Part shown: positions 54,034 through 64,000 of the stretch, one piece after another
Numbering within the stretch: the stretch's first letter is position 1
How the letters are laid out: each line of letters begins with the position of its first letter
Origin: Octopus sinensis
Lineage: Eukaryota
Length of the DNA: 64,000 bases
NCBI RefSeq assembly: GCF_006345805.1
Contig: NC_043003.1
Span: forward strand, 18,724,001 to 18,788,000
Direction: 5' to 3'
Notes under the pieces: model-generated
Databases searched by the model: none
Seen by the model: the letters and a program-made list of their open reading frames with translations, nothing else
What the model was told of the DNA's origin: nothing
Position numbers and translations under genes: made by a program

Positions 54034-55939
54034 CGAATGGTACCAGTTTGAACATATTTTATTGTATGTTTGCTCAATGATAACAATTATTAATAGTTAT
54101 TTTATTGACTTCTAAATTATTTTCGAGTAAACTTGAACATAAACAGATTTTGAAAAGTAATTGACACTAAAATTTTTTAGTTTCTTATTTTATCAACAAC
54201 AAATAGGTGACTGTCCAAAATTTTAAACTTACAAAAAAAAATGTATGTATTAAAATTCTAGAGAGACAGTCTAATCTACTTAAAATTTTGTAGACTATAA
54301 AAGTAGCTGCTATCATAAATAATATTTACAACATAGGCTTTGTGCTTCTTATAAATATTTTAATTGAGCCCAGACAACTGACGGGTGAAGTTAACCGCAA
54401 CAGGATTTGAACGTAAAGGGACATAACTAAATACTGCAAACTATTTTGTCTTCCGTTCTATCCATTCACTTGTCATCAACCATGCTTCAACAATAATAAC
54501 AGTTTTCCAAAGCTTAGCTATATTCCACATTTGATCTTGAGCTGATCAAGAGTCGTGTGTGAGTGTGTGAAATAAATTATTTTCTTCATCGCAGTTATTG
54601 TTACAATATGGTATATTTTCAAAATATCCATTTCAATAAAAACAAACCCTATATCATTTCTTTGCTAATTCCTATATCATAAGTGGCTCTGCTATTAACT
54701 GAACACATCAAGTTACACTACGAATGAGAGATGCAGCTGGCAACCTCAACAGAGTGTCAAGGTGTCATATTGCTATGATGTCCACAGTCAAAATACTTCA
54801 ACTCTCAGATTACTGAATGTAAAAGAAGAACCATCAGTTGATGTAGTTTGCAAGTATAAACAGGACGACTGCAAAATTAACAAATTTCATTAGCTCTAAG
54901 TATGTTCAGTTCAAATCCTCAATTACTCAGACAGGGATCAGATATACCACACTATGGGCCTCAAGTTCTATATGGCTGCTAAAGAATTTTGTTGCAAGTA
55001 ATGATTTATTTAAATTAGTCAGTCCCATAAGCTCAATGGGTTTTCACATAAAACATGAACACCCATCCAACCATCCATCTATTATTCTTGGTGAGGCTGT
55101 GGGGGAGAGTCCTCAGGCATTTCCTCCAAACAATCCTACCAGAAATTGTCATTAAACTTTCCTGCTGGATTCCAAAGTTTGACCAACTGAGACCATAAAT
55201 ATTATCCAACCATCTTGCTCATGCTGTCTCTAGGCAGCTGTCAGTTGGTTTGGTTTCAAGAAAAAGTGTAGAAAAAAATAAAACCTGAACAAATATATTT
55301 AAATGCTGCCTTACCAACAAGTTAACATGTGAGTGTGTGACCTCGTGCATACTGTGAATTAAAATTCAATTTTTAATATTAATGATTATAACCACTCTTT
55401 CAATCTCAGACTAATTTAACGTGCTAACCACAACCTATACCACCAGTGGTTCATCGCAAACTTCACACAACCACCATATGCACCACCAGTGGTACATTTT
55501 CATAATTTGAGACAATATTTTATTCTGTATCTTTGTCAGAGTTTCAAGGATATCTAAACAACATGAGTACTAAATATTCAGTTCAATTTTGAAATGTAAA
55601 AATACAAAAAAATTACATTTCCTTGTAAGTATGCAGTGTGATCGGAAATATGTGATGTTAAATTCCAGTAACAGGCCATGGCAGTTAATGTGTTAAGATT
55701 GTAAGAGAACAAAGACGTTGTCAAAACTCATTTGTCAATTGCACAGTCCTATTGCAGACTACAGCAAGTAAGAGTTCTTCTTTTACACTCAGTAATCTGA
55801 GAGTTGAAGCATTTTGCTAGTGGACATCATCATAGCAAATAGACGCCCTATTACGATTGTCAGCTGCATTTATTGTTTTCTAAGCACTGTATCACCGTTT
55901 ATGTTACACTGCTTTTTATCCTTTTATATTTTATGACTG

Positions 55940-56310
55940 TGGCTGTGTAGTTAAGAAGCTTGCTTCCTAACCATATGGTCTTAGATTTAAGCCTACTGCA
56001 TGGCACCTTTGGCAAATGTCCTTAACTATAGTCCTAGGCCAACCAAAGCATTGCTAGTGGAAGCTGAAAGCTGTATGTATGTGTGCGTATGCACACATGC
56101 ACCGTTGCCTAAGCATCAAATGATGTTTGTAAATGAGTGAGGTTCTTCATTTCCAGTCTCCTGTGAAATACATGTCTAGCTATGAAAAAATATTACCTTA
56201 CTTGGAAACAAGCGAGGGTTGGTGACAGGAAAGACATTCAGTTATAGAAAGTCTACCCCAACAAATTTCATCTGACTCATGCAACATGGGAAAGTAGACA
56301 TTCAATGATG
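55940..56310 (+). mobile_element. SINE family A composite copy
   Basis: Same architecture as 3080-3545. Confidence 0.75.
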
Positions 56311-57119
56311 ATGATTTTTATTTACTAATTCTGGTATAACCAAAGCTGCCCCCAAAGCAATAAATCAATGATTCAACATCTCACAGTGGGTTCTTTTCCA
56401 ATTAAAAATAAATACTTACAAGAAAATAATGTTTAGAATCATTCATGTTTAAAATACTAGTTGTTAATTTTGTGGTTAATTTTTACTGAAATGACAGTGT
56501 AATTAATACCTCTTTCAATTGGTTCGATCGCTCTGATTACTGTCAGCTTAATTATTCCTGGATATGTATATAGTTGCAAAATGAATTTCACCTAAGAAAC
56601 TTTTATTCTCAACTAAGAGTAGTAACGCTCTTATTCATTATATCAGTACATATACCAGTGGCTGCATAGATACAACCATTACTGCCCTTAACTGAGAAAT
56701 TAAAGCACCACGATTGAATCAAGGGATAACTTACAGCATTGCTGGTAATGTAGATGCAACTATCTTAAAATGCTTCATCTCCAAAGATGAGGTGAATAAT
56801 TCAAAACATTTACAATAGTGTTCCCTATGTTCTGCAGATAATTTAAAGACTATGTAAGCTCAAATTTTAAAGGTGAAGCAGTGAACATAATCAGGCTAAA
56901 ATGCAAACTATTTTGTAACGAGGTGAATTAATTTCCAACAATTTTTTTAGGGAAATTTATCATATTCAGTACACACCAAAGAAGATGAGAAGAAATTAAA
57001 ATATTAAGTAATTAACATCACTAATCTTGCAGTCTTATTTCCACTATATTGTTGCAAACAATATAGAGGAAATGAGACCGAGAGAGAACAAACACATTCA
57101 ATGTGTTTGTTGCATTTAT

Positions 57120-57335
57120 ATAATCCCTTCTACTATAGGCACAAGGCCTGAAATTTGGGGGAGGGAGATAGTTGATTACACTGACTCCAGTATTCAACTG
57201 GTACTTAATTTATCAACCCCGAAAGGATGAAAGGCAAAGTCGACCATGACAGAATTTGAACTCAGAAAGTAGCAATGGGCGAAATACCGCTAAGCATTTC
57301 GTCCAGCATGCTAATGATTCTGCCAGCTCACCATG
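57120..57335 (-). mobile_element. SINE family B copy
   Basis: Full length, with tail AATCCCTTCTACTATAGGCACAAGGCCTGAAATTT. Confidence 0.85.
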
Positions 57336-58064
57336 TTGCATTTATATAATAAACAATGCAATTAGCAAACCAATGAAGGGAGCCTTTTATACAATTGCTG
57401 GAGTGGCTAGAAATAGCAGTCAAATATTCTTCAAATCACACCTTAAAAGGAATAATGTATTGAATATTGTAGTCCTAGGTTCTCTATGCCAGGGAGGGGT
57501 AGATGGGGTAAAAAGCTAAACTGTCATGATGATTCATGAAGTTCTGTTACCTAGGCAATAATGGATGGGTAGCTACTGAAAGTTTAGTGTCAAACATTTG
57601 AGGGGATGGAAGGAATATAAGAAGGCAATGCTGCCTATGTTGATAATTTCCAAACAAAAGACAAAACTATATGGTTCATGTCAGAAATATAATAGCATAT
57701 GTAGAGTAATGGATCTTATCTGCTGGGTGTGAAACACATAACAAAAGATAGTTATATATGGAAATAGGTCAAGTGCAAATGAAAGTACCTAAATATCAAC
57801 AGATTCAGTTGATGGCATTCAAAAGAAATGTCCATATTAATATGTTACAAGAATGGATAAACATGTGCCTTCATGTGGCTCTACACAGACACCCTTAAGC
57901 AGAACAAGAATTAGGTTAAAATAGGAATAGTGGATTAAATATCAAACAATGTAGAATTTATGCTGTTTTCAGTGATATACAGAAATATTCTGTGTTTTAA
58001 GTATACCATCAACAAGTAAATGTTTTTTTTCTACTAAAAACACAAGGCATAAAAATGTGGAAGG

Positions 58065-58221
58065 GTGGGGACCCCAGTGCTCAACTGGTATTTATTTTGC
58101 AATCCCGAAAGGATGAAAGGCAAAGTCAACCTTAGGAGGATTTGAACTCAGAATGTGAAGACAGGCAAAATGTCACTAAGCATTTTGTCCAGTGTGCTAA
58201 TGATTCTGCCGGCTCACTGCC
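58065..58221 (-). mobile_element. SINE family B copy abutting a MITE
   Basis: Same diagnostic block. Confidence 0.8.
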
Positions 58222-58225
58222 TTAA

Positions 58226-58430
58226 CCCTTTTGTTACTGTATTTATTTTGAGATGCTCTGTTTCAATTATTTTAGATATAACAAAGAATTTAGTAAAATA
58301 ACTTAGTTATCATTAAGCTAGTGTTAGGAACATTAATTGTGACTAAGGTTTGGTGGAAGATTTTAATTCAAAACAAGACATTTGTACTACAGAGCCAAAG
58401 CCAGTTTCAGCTGGGTTGATAACAAAAGGG
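58226..58430. mobile_element. piggyBac-like MITE
   Basis: TTAA|CCCTTTTGTTA ... TAACAAAAGGG|TTAA. Confidence 0.8.
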
Positions 58431-58461
58431 TTAAGAATTGTTTCTCTGTTATATATTTTAA

Positions 58462-58678
58462 CCCTTTTGCTACCATATGTCTGTTGAGATGGTCTGTATT
58501 ACTTTCAATTACATTAAATATAACAGAGAATTTCGTAAAATAAGTTGTCATTAAGCGAGTGTTAGGGACATAAATTGTAACTAAGGTTTGGTGGAAGATT
58601 TTAATTCAAAACTTATGAAAACAAGAGATTTGTACTACAGATCCAGAGCCAGTTTCAGCTGGTTTGGTAACGAAAGGG
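58462..58678. mobile_element. piggyBac-like MITE, same family, adjacent copy in the same orientation
   Basis: TTAA|CCCTTTTGCTACC ... GGTAACGAAAGGG|TTAA; interior similar to 58226-58430. Confidence 0.8.
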
Positions 58679-59038
58679 TTAAACTAAAATAAACTAATAA
58701 GCTAAATCATTCCTGAAATGGAATAAACCCCTTGAATTTGCAAATAAAAAGAAATGGAGAGTCTATATTCGAATGATTATTTAAGTGCAATATAAAAACA
58801 ATCCAAATTTGTACCGAAGAAATAAATTTACATTTTCATCTCTAGTATTATGTATAACACTTAAAGGTTTAGATGTAATAGTTCAAGTAAAAAGCAAAAT
58901 AAACTGTATTTGCCTTTAAAGCCTAAGCAGATGAAAAAAATAAATAAAGAGGAATAAATATTTTAAATAACAATCAATAAAAAGGATTAAATTGCTCTAA
59001 GTAAATCTGGCAATTTACTTGGTGACCTCACTACTAGT

Positions 59039-59355
59039 TTTATTTATGTGTCCTTTTCAAGCCTAGCCAGGCTCATGGGCCCGTTTTCCTGGTTTCTGTG
59101 GCGTATGTGTTCCCCCCCCCCAGCTGGACGGGATGCCAGTCCACCGCAGCATTACTCAAGAAACAGGAAGAGAGAGTGAGAGAAAGTTGGGGCGAAAGAA
59201 TACAACAGGGTTTGCCACCACACCCTGCATGAGCCTCGTGGAGCTTTTAGGTGTTTTCGCTCAATAAACACACACAACGCCTGGTCTGGAAATCGAAACC
59301 GCGATTCTCCGACCACGAGTCCACTGCCCTAACCACTGGGCCATTGTGCCTCCAC
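59039..59355 (-). mobile_element. Young tRNA-derived SINE with perfect 14-bp target site duplication
   Basis: A box TGGCCCAGTGG and B-box-like GGTTTCGATTTCC on the minus strand; CpGs retained; TSD ACCTCACTACTAGT at 59025-59038 and 59356-59369. Confidence 0.9.
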
Positions 59356-59394
59356 ACCTCACTACTAGTGGTGTCATGAAAATAGAAATAATGA

Positions 59395-59545
59395 AGCACC
59401 CAGCACACCTTGTAAAGAAATTGGCATTGGAAAGGGCATTAGAGCTGTAGAAACCATACCGAAGAAGACATTGGAGACCAACACAGCCCTCAGGTCAGTC
59501 AGATCCCGTCTAATTGTCCAACCTATGCCAGTATGAAAAATGGAT
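59395..59545 (+). mobile_element. Family C retroposon, opposite orientation
   Basis: TTGGCATTGGAAAGGGCAT...GCTGTAGAAACC...TCCAACCTATGCCAGTATGAAAAATGG. Confidence 0.65.
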
Positions 59546-62324
59546 ACAGGCATATAATGATAACTTAGTATCTGCAATTCTACATTTTCTTCTACCAATT
59601 CTGAAACACTTCTACAAATTCTAACTAGTAAATTTACTATACACCAACACAATCCTTTCCCCCAGATGTTTTTATAATCCTTTCTGAATAAAAGCTAGCA
59701 AGTTAAAGTCTATGCCAGAGGGAATTCAAATGCAATTCTAATTAAATATTTAAACATATAAAGCAGTCAACTAGTGCAATTTGTTGTTTTGTCTCCCAAG
59801 CTTAATCAGCAATGTGCTACATAATGCAATATCTATACCACTGTAAGTCTTCTAGTTATCACATTTTCCACTGTCTATAATTAGGATTATGTTTGTGTAT
59901 ACATGTATGCATATACATGTATACATGTGCATGCATACACATGTTTGCAAGTAAAATCAGATAACAGATACTTTTTTTCTTATTCTTTACTGCTTTGTTA
60001 TTTATTAAGCAGTTAACTTGAAATAACTTTCCATATTCAGCAATTTACAAGCAACAAGCAGGTTTAAAAATCAAAATCTAATTACGATGCCATACAAAAT
60101 ATCATCCATAGATCAAACTCCAATGATATCTCGTCTACTAGAATACACAAGATATATCTTCAAAATTTACTACAGGTACTTAAATTGAATTTCAATAACA
60201 AACAATTTATAGACCTTTCAAATTTAAGAATCCTATCTGGTGACCTAATTTTGTTACTAGAAATGAGAACACTACAAGCTTATAGTAGTGTTTCATTTCC
60301 ACTTTAATTTTAAAAACTATTATCAATTAATTAATATAAGGCAAAGCTAAAGCTAGATTAACAGATTTCAAATGATTTTTAATGAGGATGAAATATTCAG
60401 AGCAACTAAGAGTAAGTTTGGTAGTAAATAAGATAAACAGGGTTACTGAAAGTCTGTTTGCATCACACAAGACATAGCTAATCAATGTATTTGATCGATA
60501 GTTTTTATTAGTCATTCTTATTCTGTCTTAAAAATGGCAGGGAGCTTTTTCACAAAATCTGCCAGAAGTTCAAAGTGTCTAAAGACTCAGTAGCCGAATC
60601 CCAGTGAGTGTTGGGAAATCCGTGAAAAATCAGTAGGTCCATAAGTTAACATTAGTTACTTCCCTTACATTTATTTATTACAACCACAGCCTTGGACGCC
60701 AACTGTATCATCTGTTGTGCTTCTACATGTATGAACACACACACACACACACACAAAAGGTGGTTGTTATAGGCTAGCTCAAGGCCAGCACTGATCAAGT
60801 TAACATGTGATCAAAGCATTCCAGCCACGACCATCTCTTCTTTTATTCAGGTATAGTGTGTATGTTATACACACACATACTCTACTAATCCAGCAAAGTC
60901 TTTAAAAATATTTTTTTAAACTATTAAGGTGTGAGTGAGAGAAATTTCGTGTGTGAGTCTCTTAGAAACAGCAGTCAAATTCCCACCAAAAACAGGAGAT
61001 TCTCTTGTTTATTTCAATGAGTGCCTAGCAGTAAAACGTTAGCATTATTACCAAGGAGTGAACGCATTCTTACAAAGGAAATCTTTTATCTTCTATAATG
61101 ATGTCTGAACCATACCTGAAAAACTGTGTGTGTGTGAAGCACTGAGAGTGAATCAAGAAGCCAAAATGAACTGATATAATTGTGTGTGTGTGTGTGTGTG
61201 TAAAATGTGTATGTGTTCGCTTTACAATGGCCGGCTCGTTTCTGGTATTTGATTTTATTTCCGGATTTTGCTTGGTAAATATCACGAGAGAATACTTATG
61301 TCCTGGCATGTGCATGTATGTTTGCGCACGTGTGTGTGTGTGAATCTGTGTGTGTGTGTGTGTGTGTGTAAGTATGCATAAAAGAGGAGGGACATCCAAA
61401 ATTCCTCGTGTATGTGACATTTAGAAAGAGCTAAGGAATAACAGTGAAAAGTAAATGGGCCAAATTAATTAGAGCATTTGGGACAACCTTGTTGGTAATC
61501 AAGTGAACTGCTTTTGTCTTTCAATAGGGTGTAACTGAATATACAACAAAATATATGCCGCTAATTATTTTGACTCTTATATTACAAACCAAGTGAAAGA
61601 ACAGGAAGGGAGGGGAAGGGGTACCAAAAACAAAAAGGACAAAGAAAATAAAGTAAACATAAAATTTAATCCTGAAGAGATTTGGAAAACCAAGTCATTA
61701 ATATGTATGCATCTGATTACATATATACACTCATACAAAGATAAACACTACACAAACACGTGTCTGCATTTATAAATACACACACACTGGCATATGCAAA
61801 CACATTGGCACACATGCAATCATTCAGAAGTCCCCTTAGCATTTAAAGGATATATAAAGTTGGTTTTTTATTATTTTGTTTCACTTTCTTCATATTTTTA
61901 ATACTATGTTGGTTATTTCATTGTGAATATTTTTTGACGTTGTTCTTCGTCCGCCGCTATAAAGGCTTTTTCCAATGCGCCAGAGAAAAAATTTGTTTGC
62001 TTGTTATCAGTCGTAAGACACTTGTTGTTTTCACCGTTAATGCTTCTGTATTCCATTATTGTTTTTTGTTTTTTTATATCTGTCCCTTTTGCTGTCCTGG
62101 TGTTCGTATGCATTCGATCCTTCTTCCAGGAAATCTACGCTTCCAGCTTAGTTTTTCTTGGAGGGCTGGCCGTGATCTAGTAATCTCAAGATTAATCAGC
62201 CGAAATTACTACGATGATCCGGTTCTTGACTGAAGACTGAGGGGTTCGAATGTCCTGTCCATGTTTATTGTATTGTCTTCTATGAGTTATACGTTCTTGT
62301 CCATGTTGTATTTTTCTACATACC

Positions 62325-62363
<39 letters not shown>

Positions 62364-63899
62364 TATTTATTTATTTATTTGTCTTATACATTTTTAAAAA
62401 GCATCATTAAGAAAATATGAGAGAATATTCATTGTCCTAAAAATGAGAAAACGGTAAAACATAATAGTAATCCTCTCCAGTTGTCTGAACACATCAAGTC
62501 CAACTACCTCAGTGGTTCAGAAGGCTGGCAGTATGCACAACAGAATAGCAGACCTACTATCCCAGAACCCCTGATCCATGATAGGTGAGAATGAGAGGGT
62601 GAGCTATGGTGGTGTGGTGTGGGGGTATAATGAAGAGTGTGGCTGGGACTTGGGAAGGAAATGTAAAGAGGGCAAAAGATAAGTCATACCTTAAGAGTAT
62701 CAACTGACTTCAATGATTTGCCAGTTTACATTAAGGCTAAGGGGACCTTTAAATCAAATATGTATAGAGATGGGAGGTGTTAGAAAAGGGGGTGGAAACT
62801 GCAAGTGCAAGATGACATCCAAATTAAATATTTGAAACAGTTTAAATCTATGTATTTAAAAACAGCCGGAATTTAAATCAATGTTAAGGTTATATATAAA
62901 CAGCACCTTGCTTTAGGTCCTAAAGCTGTAAACACAGCATCCATAGTCAGTGGTGCTTCATTTAATATCATTCACTTATTTACTGCTGACAATCTTACTG
63001 GATTGAGAGGAAGTTCACAGTGAACAATAACCACAAGACTTAAATTTCTAATTTGAATAATTCTAGTTTAAATGACTATATTCACTGCCTTAACGAATAA
63101 AACCTCAAATCTGACTATCTCTCTTATGTGTGTACATGTGTTGCTTAATTAAGCAATCAATAATGCAAAGATTCTTTTTAAAGTTATTTATATATATATA
63201 TATAATAGAAATATGTTACAAAAAGAAAATAGAAACTACACGTGGAAATGTAAGGGGGAAAGTAAGAAAAATCAACGAAAATGTACATTGTAAATGTAAA
63301 AGACTTTTTATGAAAGCTAACGACAGATATATACAATTAGAAGAACCGAGGTAGTAATAAAAGTCATTATTATGAGATTATTAAAGAGATTCAAGCATGC
63401 CACGGTTTTGTCAGATACTATAAGGACATTCATCTCTCATGTCTCTGGGGATGACCAGATTAGTAGCTTTACTCTTTGAAGGCCCCTTAGATAGTTCATT
63501 AGGTTAATATTAGCATAAAATCCATAGTTACACTTGGGGCACATTAACAGCAGCATCTGGACTCAGCAGGATTCTCCCTTTCCACACAGTCCTTTATTGT
63601 TTCTAATTTAGGCACATAAAGCCAACAGCCTCAAGGAGAGAGGAAAGTTTAAAGTCAATTACATCACCCCAGTACTTGACTGACACTTTATTTCATCAGC
63701 TGACCTCAAATATTTCACTTAAAATTCTAATACTGACTGATTGACTTTTGAAACAATTTTAAAAGGATGCCAGAACTCTCTACCATAAATTGCAAACTCC
63801 ATCTATTTACTCCCATTTCTTACCCAACTTATTTAAATACTTCAAAAAATTACATAACTAGCTTGATTAGATGATGATGGATGATGGATGATGATGATC

Positions 63900-64000
63900 T
63901 TTTCTACTAAAGGTACAAGGCCTGAAATTTTGGAGGAGGGGACTAGTCGATTATATTGACCCCAGTGTTTCACTGGTACTTAATTTATCAACCCCGAAAG
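63900..64000 (-). mobile_element. SINE family B copy, cut by the window edge
   Basis: Tail and central block present. Confidence 0.8.

Noticed and set aside
62225-62260. CTGAAGA...CGAATGTC resembling a hammerhead core
   Set aside because: No stem II and GAAT instead of GAAA.

Overview
AT-rich, repeat-dense eukaryotic DNA. The SINE families and (TA)n/(CA)n/(CAT)n microsatellites look like an Octopus-type cephalopod genome; this is inferred from repeat content, not from a database search. The window appears to lie inside very large introns of a minus-strand liprin-alpha (PPFIA/SYD-2) gene. One unambiguous exon is present at 14819-14920 ([34 protein letters not shown], phase 0/0). I could not find the canonical preceding exon (MCDVMPTI...FEQLMVSML-type) or the following exon (LLLEHLECLV-type) in the window. 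A 108-nt ATG-initiated ORF missed by the ORF track (40535->40428, MANGFNLHLDVNLRGIDHVVSRLKNNDIKHLKYFVQ) ends at a perfect CAG|GTAAGT donor in the matching phase. It is a candidate alternative first exon giving an N-terminally swapped liprin-alpha. A CpG-rich segment with a GTGAGT donor near 52.7-53.1 kb is a candidate second internal promoter or non-coding exon. The rest is transposon-derived: three or more SINE-type families, a decayed RTE LINE, an internally deleted maT/DD37D mariner, a Buster-type hAT remnant, TTAA-flanked piggyBac-like MITEs, a PIN/H3TH-nuclease-like remnant, and Penelope-like termini with hammerhead ribozyme motifs. A near-perfect 77-bp inverted repeat could form dsRNA in the pre-mRNA. 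Almost all long ORFs in the supplied track are microsatellite or SINE artefacts. No CRISPR, rRNA or true tRNA genes were seen. Repeat boundaries are approximate unless stated otherwise.
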